DNA of 64,000 nt from Amphiscolops sp. MND2022. Taxonomy: Eukaryota. Every line of letters begins with the position of its first letter. Position 1 is the first letter of the stretch. The DNA lies in the NCBI GenBank assembly GCA_964187785.1, contig OZ076409.1, positions 30,072,001-30,136,000 of the forward strand. Direction: 5' to 3'. Below, one piece after another: positions 25,018 to 37,704 of the stretch. The notes beneath the pieces are model-generated. The model was not told the DNA's origin, searched no databases, and saw only the letters and a program-made list of their open reading frames with translations. Made by a program: the position numbers and the translations under genes.

Positions 25018-25599
25018 ATTATGACAATCCCAAGTGGGTGCATATCCTGAACGTCAGTTTTTTACCTTTTCAGTGTTTCGCTTTGTAAATCGGTCGTCCA
25101 CTTAATGAGGTCTTCACTATTTATATATACGGGGACCGTTACTGACCCTGCAAGGAGGCTCTGCAGCTTGCAGCGATTCGGCACTATCTCGTCTTGCAGT
25201 TATAAAATTTCCCCTCTGAACTTTGGGCCATCATTTCCGTTGCAGACCAACATAGTTTCGCCTCGCACGGTCCCAATTTTATGAATAAAAAATTAAGAAA
25301 CGCAAAAGGCATATAGGAAAACAAAAGTTTGTCTTCCTTATAAACAAGCTATTGGACTAATTGGGGCGAGTTTTCATTTGTGTCAGTATAGTTTGTTTTT
25401 CGGATCACCGCAGTTACTTTTCTTTTTTTAAGAACAACGAACTGACAGATTTTATAAGCTTTTTAAGCTGATTTGCACTAACACCAAACTTTGCCACACT
25501 ACTTCTACTGGCACTTGGCATAGATGTTAATCAGGCTTTTTTGAGGCCTGCCAAGCAGAAGGACGTGGGTTCGAGTCCCGCCCTTTACCATTGTTTTGT

Positions 25600-25897
25600 G
25601 CAGGTTATTTCGGCTATGAGACTTTTTTCTCAATTTTTTTCAAATGTCTCCTCCAAAGGGTCTCCCCTTCAATTTTTTCTATTTTGCAAAAGAATGGATG
25701 TTCAAAAACTCCCAAAGAGCCCCTTTTTACATTTTTCGGCACTATGCGACTTACCGGAGACCAAGAAAAATTCGGAAACTTCTTTCAATTTTGTCCTAAT
25801 GCGGGTACTGTAGAAGAGGATACTTGACACTCTGCAGTCCTTTTGCTAATTTTGAGCCTTAGATATGGCGCCGACTTGGGCTGTTCCCGGCTTGTTC
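25600..25897 (+). mobile_element. HINE family 3, 3' part
   Basis: Ends TTTTGAGCCTTAGATATGGCGCCGACTTGGGCTGTTCCCGGCTTGTT. Confidence 0.65.
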
Positions 25898-27224
25898 TCA
25901 GTAACACAGCAACTGTTTGCTAAGTTACCGTCACACTCTGGTAACAGTTTGCCACCATTGAAAACGTATATAGAAGGTTTTTCAATGAAGCTTCAGCTAA
26001 GAGTTCAAGCGGCATTTGAAAGGCCCAACTCCCAGTGGCGCCAACTCCCAGCTTAACTAGTGTGCTTTTGAAAGCTTAGGGACAGGTCTTCAAGGAGTAG
26101 AAAACCTATTTGAGAGTTGGCTATTATGCGTTGAGAAATTAGGCAATAAAATGTTGTCAGTTTTTTGTCAACAGTTCGACTTCTCGGTGTGCTGACGAGG
26201 TTAAGGCTCAGAAAGCGCAAAGTTTTTTAAACATGGTCACACATTTTTCATGAAAGACTCTCAGAAAAGCGTCGAAACACCCAAAGGTTTCATGCTGGGA
26301 CGAATAGGTTAGCCTATTTTCGAACCCCCGCCTCCTACTTCTCCGCTTTAGTAAAACGCAAAATAGTTCCGATAAAACGTCAAAAATTCCAACAGTGTTG
26401 AGAAAACATTAATTGAGAAAACCTACTTCCGCACGAATTATGAGAATTTTGAAACTGTCTCACTGTGCCGTTTTTAAACATCCATTTTGTTTCAAAATAT
26501 CGAAAACATTGAAGGGAGAACCCTTTGGAGACATTTAAAAATTTGACTTGGAAAAAAAGTGAGACCCTTTAGTCTCGTCCGGTTTTATAGGAGTCTGAAT
26601 AAATTTTCGACAACTTGAGCAATCGTGTCGTTTTTTATTCTCCCGACCTTTCAATGAAAATTTAAAATTATTGGTAATAATGTTTGGAACACCTAATTCT
26701 TCTGTTTATATCTCTGAAACTGTTAATTTTCAAGAGAAACGTCTTTGAAGAATTTTCTCTGTTTAATCTAATTTACATTCGTGTTTGTTTGAAATTTCTG
26801 TGACAAATATTGGAGAAAATATCTCTCAATACCTATCTAATATTTGATTTGCAAACCAAATTTTCAGTTTTTGAGTATCTTTTTACATGTACACTCTAGA
26901 GTACCCAAAATTTTCGAGTGTAATTAGTGAATGATTGGCACTTTGAACAATATGAAAAAGTAAATAATGACCAGATTCCGCTCCTAATTCGGACTCTGCA
27001 ATTCAATTTCCTAAGTTCTTTATGTAAAAATTTTATTTGCAAGATTGTCTCATATTAGTTTTAAGACTTCCAGAACTAGACGAATGTAAACTAGACAAAA
27101 ATCCTAGAAACTTTTGTTTATCAATTTTTGGAAAATTTGACAATTTTTGAGAAATTCGCAAACTCATTAGGCGTTCCAAACCTAATTACCAAACAGTGGT
27201 TTCATTCCCAAATGTCACAGGACT

Positions 27225-27610
27225 GTACACCCAAAGGGGCTTGCGCAAAGGCATCAAAATTGTATGACTGGGATGTGAGAAACTGGGATGTGAGCCAAAA
27301 TTAGCCCAAAAACGGCCAAAAAACAGCCATTTTTCGACTTTTTTCGATTTTCTCAAACTGTCCATACGATTCAAACGAAATTTTCTAGTCATTGGTCCGC
27401 TTCCCGTTTGCCGCCCTTCCTGATTCGCTGATTTTTAGGAGTCGGAAGAATTTTTCGAGTACATATGCAATCGTGTCGTGTTTTTTCTCCCGACCTTTCA
27501 ATGCAAATTTCAAATTTCTCAAAAACTGTCGATACGATTTTCATAAAATACGATTCGAACGAAATTTCGTACAGTCATTCTACACTACAATATGGTCCTA
27601 TGTGTGCACT
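27225..27610 (+). repeat. HINE family 1 fragments
   Basis: 172-bp unit sequence, plus the 5' end TTTAGGAGTCGG at ~27435. Confidence 0.7.
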
Positions 27611-27739
27611 TTTATCTTATTCATATGACTTGCGTTTTATTAAGGAGGAGATGGAGGTTCGAAAACAAGAGTTTATCCTGAAAACGTCCTGCGCATATTT
27701 CAAAAACTGATTTAAAAAAGGCGCTATCTGAGCCTTAGA

Positions 27740-28625
27740 TGTAGCAATTTACTTCGGATATGACGTTGAAGTTCGGCTTTTTCAGCGCACTTTTTCTAAC
27801 CTCCTCCTCCCCCTTGGTGAAACGCAATTTACTTCGGATATAGCGCAATATTTTCGATTCCCTGTCTCCTCCTTAGTAAAACGTAATTTACTTCAGATAT
27901 AACGTCAAATATTGGGGTTTTTCAAACTTTTTTCTCTTGCAATTTATCACAAAATTCAAGGGGACTTTGCGTTCAAAATGAAGTCCTTATGGTAGAAGTG
28001 CATGATGCACAAAAAGTGGACCGACATCGTTGAACTGACGAAAAAAAACTGGCCACTGTAATAGCCGTGCTTTTTCTTCGACTAAAAATGAAAGGGGGAC
28101 CTTTTGGAATAACTTTGATGCGTTTCCCAGATATTCGTTCAGTTGAACAAACTGAACAACAATTTTGTCGCATCCGAGACTGTCTTAAATAAAAAAAACT
28201 AGTGACTAATAATCGGGCTTTTATTTTATAAAAGCGCGACTATTATAGTGGCTTTTGGACGTTTTTATTGCAATCCACACAAACTGACCAAAATAGCTCT
28301 TCAAATGCTCTACAAAATCTTTAACTGTACCACTTGACCTAGCGAACTGAATTATATTAGTTGTCGTATCTGATATGGACAAAATATTGCGCTATATCCG
28401 AATTTGTGACGATATATCCGAAGTGAATTGCGTTTTACTAAGGAGAAAGTGGAGATTCATAAATATTGCGATATATCCGAATTTCGATGTTAGATCCGAA
28501 GTAAATTATACATGAGCAAGGAGAACAAGGAGGATACGGGTTTGAAAATATTGCGCTATATTCGATTTTTGACCTCATATCCGAAGTAAACTGTGTTTTA
28601 CTAAGGAGGAGGCGGATGTTCGAAA
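27740..28625. repeat. Short tandem repeats (AAACGCAATTTACTTCGGATATAGCGCAATA) in opposite orientations at 27740-27915 and 28380-28625
   Basis: Motif read directly; related copies near 1780-1815 and 26330-26390. Confidence 0.6.
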
Positions 28626-29136
28626 ACCTTTAGGTCCAAAAGTGTCCTCTTTGGGTTTTTTGGTTACTGTGAAAGAATACTTGACGCTTTGAACTACTTT
28701 TGCTATTTTTGAGCCTCAAGCGGGTTGCCGATTTAGGCCGTTCCCCGTTTGTTATCAGTCTTTTCTGGAAGAAGGAAATTGCTTTCCAGACCCTTTCGAG
28801 AGCTGATAGATATTCAGTATTTTATGGTATTGGTTTTGTGCGAAATTGTTCAAGAGTAGTATTCCGCGATATTCAGGGTAGAGAGAAGCGGAATGGATTG
28901 GGTTCGAATCTCGCTAAAGTCAATTTTTTGTTAGTTGAAAACAGATTTTTAAAGCATACAATTCGTATTCTACTTATAAAATTGCCAATATGAGCTCCAA
29001 GATTATCAGACATCTTTTCAGTTTATATGAAAAGTTTTTTTTAAGCCTAAATTGGAATGCCGAATTGGTTGACTTCAAAAACTAGCTTTCCATGATGACC
29101 TTTTTGAGTCAATTCCAATTGTATCGGTTGTTCTAG

Positions 29137-29302
29137 TTCTAGTTCTGCGCTGCCAGCGTCAGTGATGCCTGGAAGCAGTTTGATGCACGGAGCCTCCTCT
29201 TCCATCTACTTCGAGGACAGGATTTTAGTCGTCGTCTGTGGCCTGGACTTCGTTAACCTCACCTACTGGTACTTCATCATGGACTCTCCGCATGCTGTCT
29301 CC
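29137..29302 (+). CDS. PLCB4: PLC beta exon (end of PH domain)
   Basis: ...FEDRILVVVCGLDFVNLTYWYFIMDSPHAVS then GTAAG; acceptor at 29136 or 29142 (same phase). Confidence 0.85.
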
Positions 29303-29644
29303 GTAAGCACTTTTTATGAACCATGTTAAACATGCCCTGCTGTACTTCGTTTTTTCTAGTTTTGGCCATCGAAGCCCCCTCTCCGTGTCGTTAACAATTA
29401 GTAACGGTTAATCATGCAGATCCGTATGATTTTATTTCTCATTGTGAAACCATCTCCTCCAATCTCCATACGTAATAATCGTGAAGCGTCTCATTATGAA
29501 TGACTCGCCTTCCGTTCAGTGTGATTTGTGTGTTCTTAGCACCGTCTCAAAGTTCTTCAATTTTCTCACAATACTGTACATGCACTACGGGCAATTTCGT
29601 CTATAACAATGTTAGTGTTAACCTTTTTTTTCTCAATCTTCAAG

Positions 29645-29724
29645 GTCTGGATCGAAGGTTTGAGAAAGTGCATTCACAATATCAAAGCGAATAACGTGGG
29701 TCCGATGACGCAACTTGTCAAACA
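29645..29724 (+). CDS. PLCB4: PLC beta exon
   Basis: [29 protein letters not shown]/GTAAG boundaries; phases consistent. Confidence 0.9.
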
Positions 29725-29798
29725 GTAAGATCATTTTTAATTATCAATCTTTCAATGGTGGCTTTTGTATCAAGTGTAACAAGATCATCGTTTTTCAG

Positions 29799-29852
29799 TT
29801 GGATGAAACTGCGGTTGACTGTCAACATTGCCAACAAAATACCCGTCCGAAA
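29799..29852 (+). CDS. PLCB4: PLC beta exon (EF-hand region)
   Basis: WMKLRLTVNIANKIPVR; TTTTTCAG/GTAAG boundaries. Confidence 0.9.
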
Positions 29853-30130
29853 GTAAGTTTTTTGGAAGCTGTCATTTTTTCGTTTTCATCCACTGTACTT
29901 GATCAATCCTCGTACTTCTGCTGTTCGGCCGATTCTGTTTATGCCGGAAATCACTTTTGTGAACAAATACCATCCAAATCGCTATATTAATACGTCATTC
30001 ATAATATGTCCTGCTGATGATAGCTTCGAGATGTTGTAACTTTAGTTCAAACTAAAAAGCGGAGACTGATTTTTTCCGACAATGGGAATGACTTCACTTG
30101 AATGTTGTCTATTGTCTTTTGATTTTTCAG

Positions 30131-30212
30131 TATAATCAAGACGTTTGCCTCGGGTAAAAACGAGAAGAATGTGGTTGAAATATTGGGTGAGCTGGCATTG
30201 CCCAATGGAAAA
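30131..30212 (+). CDS. PLCB4: PLC beta exon (EF-hand region)
   Basis: IIKTFASGKNEKNVVEILGELALPNGK; the TFASGK motif is characteristic of PLCbeta4/NorpA. Confidence 0.92.
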
Positions 30213-30295
30213 GTGAGTACTTATTCAGACACCTGTGTATTATTTTGCATATCTTATTCAAGTGCGAATGCGTCACGATTGTCTTCCATTTGTAG

Positions 30296-30396
30296 AATGA
30301 CGACATAGATGTTTCAATCTTGACCTGGGACAAGTTCTATCGGCTCTATCACCTCTTGTGTCCTCGAAACGACATCAGAGATTTGTATCAAACTTT
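30296..30396 (+). CDS. PLCB4: PLC beta exon (EF-hand region)
   Basis: NDDIDVSILTWDKFYRLYHLLCPRNDIRDLYQTL; AG/GT boundaries. Confidence 0.92.
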
Positions 30397-30487
30397 GTTA
30401 GTTTTTTTCTGCATAGCAGTGTTTTGATGGCTATTGAATCTCAACTATACCTCTTAACTGATTACTGAGATGCATGGATTTTTGCAG

Positions 30488-30666
30488 AGCTAGAGAACAG
30501 AATCTGCCGCCATCGCATGGGCTAAGGGTGCCTAAGCTGATTGAGTTTTTCAACACTACCCAGAGGGACCCCAGATTGAACGAGATCTTGTTTCCATTCT
30601 ACACTGCTGAGAAGGTCAAGTCTCTTATCCAAAGATACGAGCCCCACGAACAGTATCAAGAAGCTA
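30488..30666 (+). CDS. PLCB4: PLC beta exon (EF-hand region)
   Basis: LIEFFNTTQRDPRLNEILFPFY...LIQRYEP; TTTGCAG/GTGAGT boundaries. Confidence 0.95.
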
Positions 30667-31139
30667 GTGAGTAAAGTGAACTATTCATTCCTCCTTTGAT
30701 AATATTGTTGTTTCATGATTGATTTTGCACATTGCTTTAAGAAAGTTGAGTTCCTACTTTCACAGGTGAAAAGATGCCAAAAATTATTTGAATTGCATAC
30801 TTGAAATTAGATTCAATCTGCATTCGCTGTAGTCAGTTAAGTTTTAACTTGGAGGGATTTTTTAAATTCTATTGTCTCAACCAAAAATTTGTCCTTCAAA
30901 TATCAAAGTGATAAACGCCACTTCCAATGGAAGTAGGCTGTCATGATAAACGCCGATAATCTGAATCACTGAAATGAGTTCGGAACTTCTTACGTGATTG
31001 CATAACGTTCCCGAAAAGAAAAACCATTATTCCTTTGCCAATACCATATAGCCTATACGATCATTGGTTCGCTTCCCGTTTGCCGCCTTTCCTGATTCAC
31101 TGATTTTTCCTGATTTCGCCGCCTTTTCCTGATTCACTG

Positions 31140-31450
31140 AGTCGGAAAAAATTTTCGACTACTTATGCAATCGTGTCGTTTTTTTTCTCCCGACCTTTCA
31201 ATGAAAATTTCACATTTCTCAAAAACTGGCAATACGATTTTCATAAATATTTTGCACAGTCATTCTACACCCAAAGGGGCCCCTACATGCGGAAAGGCAT
31301 CAAAATAGTATGACTGGGATGTGAGAAACAGCCAAAATCAGCCCAAAAACGGCCAAAAACCAACCATTTTTCTACTTTTTTCGATTTTCTCAAAAACTCC
31401 ATACAATTCGAACGAAATTTTCTACAGTCATTAACGCCGTAATTAGGTCC
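31140..31450 (+). repeat. HINE family 1 fragment
   Basis: AGTCGGAAAAAATTTTCGACTACTTATGCAATCG 5' end plus one 172-bp unit. Confidence 0.75.
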
Positions 31451-31752
31451 TAAGAGCGCTACAGATGATAGGAGCAAACCAATCAACAAATGGCGGAACA
31501 TGTGGAGTGATTCTAGCTTCAATTTATTGAGTTGCCGGTTGTTGATCTCCCCATTGGAGCCCACCTGTCCAGACGAGCTTGGTGCCACCTGAACAGGCTA
31601 CGCACGGTCTATGGCCGCTTTAGAACCTGCCTGGAGAAATGGGGCCGCATTGATGACCCTACTTGCATCTGCGGTGAAGCCCCAGATTTCTAGTTCAATC
31701 AACTTGAAAAAAGTTAAGCTGTCATCGAGGCTTCTGGTTTGAATGTTCTTTT

Positions 31753-32047
31753 TGCACATGACGAAGTCAATGTGCATTGCAGTCCAGCTAAGTAAGTTTT
31801 TTTCCACTATAGTCAACTTCATAATGAGCGCCTTTTAGACAAAAGCCAAAACTCCTGAGAGATTCGAACCTGCAGCCTCCCGATTGCACGGCATAAGTGT
31901 TGACCACTGTGCCATAGGGACGTTATTGAACAAAGTTGAACTGTTTTGAATATATACGCATGCGATTGAATATATACGATTTTTCGGCATTCGTCTAGCC
32001 ATGATTCGTCTTCGTCATGTGTTGCGAAGCACCGCTTCGCCTCTGTG
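31753..32047 (+). mobile_element. HINE family 2 copy; empty sites visible in paralogous sequence
   Basis: The flanks rejoin as GAATGTTCTTTTAGACAGTTGAAC, which is seen uninterrupted at ~32816 and ~36517; no TSD. Confidence 0.85.
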
Positions 32048-32319
32048 TAGACAGTTGAACGTGTGTGTTCGATATCAAAAATTATCGGCATCATGATTAT
32101 TTTCCGGCCATTTTTCCATATGAGAAACAAGCCCCCCCCAAACAGCCGAGCACATACTGTCACAATGTAAAATTCTCAAACCCCCCTCTGGACAAGAAGG
32201 AGTAGTGAGGCCCGACCTATCAGTTCAATGGTTGGAAAACGAGTTGCTGGACCTTTGAGATGACGACACACGAAAGAGAGAGAATGAGTGCAATTTCAGT
32301 ACATTCTATGACTGGGATT

Positions 32320-32855
32320 CGAGCGAGTCAGAAGGCAAAAGACTTAAGCCGACTCCTTTACCGCATATGCGGCTCTGGTTCATCTCGCTCTCACTTTTTC
32401 TTTAATGATCCTTCAATGAAAGAAAAGTACTCAAATTGCCATTTTGAAGTTTTTCGAAGGACTGATTTTTGACTTGATTTTAATGCCTTCTTCCAAGATC
32501 ACAAATGCCGGTTTTGTTTCTTTCCGAAGAAGCATTTTTGCAGGAAGTCACTCAGCGTTTAGCAATGTCTTCTCAATGATGAACTGAAGTAAAGTGTATC
32601 TTAAAGCTTGCAAGTATTAGATGCTCCGTAACGTGAAAATCGATTTGAGCTCTGAAATCGTAGGCTAAGAAAATGATTTCATTTTTAATTACACCTGCTT
32701 GCCCATTTTTTACTTCGCTTTCATTCAGAGCTTACTGAGCATGCAAAAATGCGATCGGCATTTCTAGTTCAATCAACTTGAAAAAATTTAAGCTGTCATC
32801 GAGGCTTCTGGTTTGAATGTTCTTTTAGACAGTTGAACGTGTGTGTTCGATATCA
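32320..32855 (+). repeat. ~530-bp dispersed duplication (HINE-1 3' end plus flank); second copy at ~36025-36558
   Basis: Near-identical sequence GAGCGAGTCAGAAGG...GTGTGTTCGATATCAA at both places. Confidence 0.85.
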
Positions 32856-33307
32856 AAAATTATCGGCATCATGATTATTTTCCAGCCATGTTTCCATATG
32901 AGAAACAAGCCGGGAACGGCCAAAGTCGGCGCTTTATCGAAGGCTCAAAAAGCGCAATGTTTTTAGTCGGCTCATTTTAGTAGAAAATGTGCCCGACTCT
33001 TACAGTGGGTAGTTTTTTAGACGCGTAAGGTCCACTTTTTTGTTCATTTGTTCAACAACGTCAAACCTCAACAACTTCAACCCTAAACAATTCGAACCTC
33101 AGAAGCGCGTCCAAAACGAAAAGAAAAAACAAAACAGACGTCCAGAACCTCGAAAACACACTAAGGATCCCCCATAGCCCCACTTTTTTTTCGGCACTAT
33201 GACACTTTTTGAAACTTTTTGGATTGCACTAAAGGGTCCCCCCTTCATTTGTTTCGATATTTTGTAACACAATGGATGTCAAAAAATCGCAAAGGTTCCC
33301 CCCTTTT

Positions 33308-33595
33308 TGCACATGACGAAGTCAATGTGCATTGCAGTCCAGCTAAGTAAGTTTTTTTTCCACTATAGTCAGCTTCATAATTAGCGCTTTTTAGGAAAAA
33401 GCCAAAACCCCAGAGAGATTCGAACCTGCAGCCTCCCGATTGCACGGCATAAGTGTTGACCACTGTGCCATAGGGACGTTATTGAACAAAGTTGAACTGT
33501 TGAATTTATACGCATGCGATTAAAATAATATATATACGCATATTAAAATAATCGATGTCTTCGTCATGTGTTGCGAAGCACCGCTTCGCCTCTGT
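33308..33595 (+). mobile_element. HINE family 2 copy nested in a HINE family 3 element (~32963-33795)
   Basis: Same termini and tRNA-like core as 10622-10910; inserted in a T-run. Confidence 0.8.
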
Positions 33596-34299
33596 ACATT
33601 TTTCGGCACTGTGACACTGTTCAACATTCTCATTTTAAAAAAATTTTGTGAGATTTTTTCATGTCCCCAAAGGGTCCCCCCTTCAATTTTTTTCTTTTTC
33701 TGCAACCAGCTGTAGTTTCACAAAGCCCGAAGGGTCCCCCTCTTCAATTTTGAGCCTTAGATATGGCGCCGACTTTGGCCGTTCTCGGCTTGTTTACACT
33801 TGCGATAAGCAAGTGTTATCGGAAAGTGCGCGCGCGTTTTTTTCCGGACAATTCTCTCGTTTCACGCGGCAAGTCGCACAGTTCACGCGCTAGTGGTCTA
33901 GTGGTAAGATGTTTGCTTTTCAAGTATTCCGAAGAAGAAGGTTCTCACTTTTTTCGGCACTATGAGACTCCGCCCTTTTTTCGAAAATTTTTTAATGTCC
34001 CCAAAATGTTCCTTCAATTTATTCGTTATTTTTTAGATTTTTCGGTCATGAGACTGTTAAAATTTCTCATTTTCTTGGATTTTTCCAAAATTTTTTAAAG
34101 ACTCCAAAGGTTCGTTCAATTTTTTGAAATTTTGCTACACAATGGATGTTAAAAAATCTGACAGGGCCCCCCTTTTACACTTTTCGGCACTGTGAGATTT
34201 TTCAAAAGGAACATTTCTTGGCCAAGGTTTTCTCAGGCCCAAAACGCTAAATCTGATTTTTGCTCTTTTTTTGAAGACCGGTGTTTTTCGTATGCGACT

Positions 34300-34797
34300 T
34301 AATAAATTTTCGACTACTTATCCAATCGTGTCGTTTTTTTTCTCCCGACCTTTTCATGAGAATTTCAAATTTCTCAAAAACTGTCCATACGATTTTCATA
34401 AAATTTCGCAGTCATTCTACACCCAAAGGGGCCCCTGCGTGCTCAAAGGCATCAAAATCGTACGACTGGAATGTGAGAAACGGTCAAAATTAGCCCAAAA
34501 ACAGTCATTTTTCGACTTTTTCCGATTTTCTCAAAAACTGTCCATACGATTCGAACGTAATTTTCTACAGTCATTCTACACCTTATTAGAGTCCTATATG
34601 CGCAATGGCATCAAAATCGTATGGCTGAAATGTGAAAAACAGCCAAAATTAGCCCAAAAATGGCCAAAAAACAGTCATTTTTCGACTTTTGCGATTTTTT
34701 CAAAAACTGTTCATACGATTCGAACGAAATTTTCTACAGTCATTTTACACCATATTAGAGTCCTATATGTGCAATGGCATCAAAATCGTATGGCTGG
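34300..34797 (+). repeat. HINE family 1 (172-bp units), truncated
   Basis: Unit sequence read directly. Confidence 0.75.
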
Positions 34798-37704
34798 GTG
34801 AGTGGGGGAATCCCCAAAAATTGTTCTAAGGGATGGGTAGGGCCGGCCCCTATCCCGAGATCGAGGGCGGAGCTAAATAACCACCATATCCAGAACGTAA
34901 ACTTTTGAGTACGATCTCGAAAACTGTCCGCAGGATTGGGCTGAACCTTTGCACAACTCGATATTCTCAGCACTTTTTCCTTCTGACGTTTCGCCGAAAA
35001 CATCTTTGGTCATGCCGATCAACCCTATTTTTTCAAGAAAAAAACGATTTTTTTCAGTTTTTTCTCAATCATGACCTAATAACTTGTCTCAGAGTGCTCG
35101 GAGCGATTCGGACATGGACCACAATATTGTTCAACGGTTCGTGGGGAGTGTGCAGGGCATTTTTGGCGCCAATCGGATGGAAACGCAGTGAGAAAGAGAC
35201 AAATTTCCAAGAAATTTTTCCGAAAAACGTTTTTTCTACCATTTTTGCCCAAATTTTCAAAGATACAGTCACAGTGGGTAGTTTCTGCCCAAATTAGTGC
35301 TCAACAAGACCATTTGGCCTATTTGCGGCAGTTTTAGCGGTCCAGCATTGTCTGGTGAAGAAATATGTGACTTCGAACATTCAAAAAAATTTTCGACTCG
35401 ACTTTTCTTTGTTCAACATCAGGCCGCCCAAAGGTAAGAAACTTCCACACAACTTAGATTGCAAGTGGATGCATGTGGAAAGTACTCTGATAGACGAGAA
35501 AAATGGGCTATAGAACAACTCTCTATCTTAACCTGACTTTGACTTATGATGTTTTGGATGTGCGATTGAGAAGTGTTAAAATTGTCAAAAAATGAAAATG
35601 GAAGACAAGTCTCATTGAAACATTATCGATAGACGTTCAAGAAACCGCAGAGCTGTTCAATTGACGTAGTATAGCCATAATAAGCTACCTTCTCAACTTC
35701 TTCAACCTCGTCAACTGACACGCAGAAGACACAAAACTGTTTTCAGTAACTCCATGACTTTTAGCTGTAGGTTCCCTAAAAAATCGCAGTGGTGATACTA
35801 AGTGATCCAAAATTGAATACATATAGTAAACCATGGAAATACTTTAAGAACATCTGTCATCGTGATAAACTTTTCGCACCCATCCACTAGCCAATCCTGT
35901 GAGGACGTGGCATTCGTCCTGGATGTGAGAAACATAGCCAAAATTAGCCCATAAATGGCCAGTTTCTACACCATAGTATGGTCTATGTGTGCAATATCAA
36001 TAAATTCGTATAACTGGGATTGGAGCGAGTCAGAAGGAAAAATACCTAAGCCGACTCTTTTACCGCATATGCGGCTCTGGTTCATCTCGCTCTCACTTTT
36101 TCTTTAATGATCCTTCAATGAAAGAAAACTACTCAAATTGCCATTTTGAAGTTTTTCGAAGGACTGATTTTTGATTTGATTTTAATGCCTTCTTCCAAGA
36201 TCACAAATGCCGGTTTTGTTTCTTTCCGAAGAAGCATTTTTGCAGGAAGTCACTCAGCGTTTAGCAATGTCTTCTCAATGATGAACTGAAGTAAAGTGTA
36301 TCTTAAAGCTTGCAAGTATTAGGTGCTCCGTAACGTGAAAATCGATTTGAGCTCTGGAATCTTAGGCTAAGAAAATGATTTCATTTTTAATTACACCTGC
36401 TTGCCCATTTTTTACTTCGCTTTCATTCAGAGCTTACTGAGCATGCAAAAATGCGATCGGCATTTCTAGTTCAATCAACTTGAAAAAATTTAAGCTGTCA
36501 TCGAGGCTTCTGGTTTGAATGTTCTTTTAGACAGTTGAACGTGTGTGTTCGATATCAATTTTTTGGCGCTTTAAAATCGATGAAGTTTCAATGTCCTTTC
36601 ACCCTTGGTTCTCCATATGATATTGCTTATTTGGTTTTCTTCAAAAGTTCGCAAGTGTTTGCAAAGCACGGCTTCGCCTCTGTGTAAAACTGTTGGAGGG
36701 GGACCTTTCGGACTTTTTGAAATTCCAGTTTGTGGCAAAATGTGGAAAAAAATGAAGGGGTGACCCTTTGGTGCATTCCAAAAATTTTCGAAAAAAGCCT
36801 CATAGTGCCGAAAAAAATCCAAATGAAAAACAAGGTAGCCAAAGGAGAGATGATCTTTAGTATGTTCTCGAGGTTCTGGACGTCGGTTTTTAGTGGGCCC
36901 TTTTTCCTTTTAAGGAAAAGTGCCTGACTCTTACAGTGACCTTTTTTTCTTCAGACTCACACTGATCGGCAGTCCACTTTTTAGAGAAACTCCTGAAACC
37001 ACTAAGGTGATGTCCGGCCAATGCAAACTTAGTGCAAAGGGTCCCTTTCATTTTTAATTTTTAAGGCAGTCTACATTGATGTCTCAAAAGGGTCTCCCTT
37101 CCAGTTTTTTGATATTTTGCCACTGAATGAATGTATGCTAATAAATCACAAAGGGTCCCCCTTTTACATTTTTCGACACTATGCGACATTTTCCGAAAGA
37201 CAACTCCAAGTTTTTTCAAAAATGTTTTGCGCTTTTTGAGCCTTAATTATAGCGTCGACTTTAGACCTTCTCGTCTTGTTTTCTTTTGGATGAGGTTCTG
37301 ACGTTTCGAGTAAGTTTTGAACGTACCTAGTTCAAGTTGTTGTTGTTGAACAAATTAACAAAAAAGTGGACTTTACATGTCTATAAAAACTACCCACTTC
37401 TCTTCAAAAGCGCCGACTAAAAATACTGACAGCCGCATTTTACCTAAATTTGCCACGTTCCAATTTCATACCCAAAAGATAGAGGTTCTTCCTCTGAATT
37501 CAACTGATATGAAATAAGTTCGTAGCATATGAATTTCGTAGCATAACTTTGTAGCATAGGGTATTCAAAGTTTTTGGAAAACGTGGCTCAAATTAACCGA
37601 AAATGCAGAAATTTTCCAAATTTTGACCATTTTCATACAATTTTTAGTCGGCGCTTTTCTAGTGAAAAGTGCCCGACTGTTACAGTGGCTAGTTTTTTTC
37701 TTTC

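Noticed and set aside
25510..25590. tRNA-like sequences with B-boxes (also ~33885, ~42210-42280, ~28890)
   Set aside because: I cannot fold a full cloverleaf and they sit within repeats; probably degenerate tRNA/SINE pieces rather than tRNA genes.
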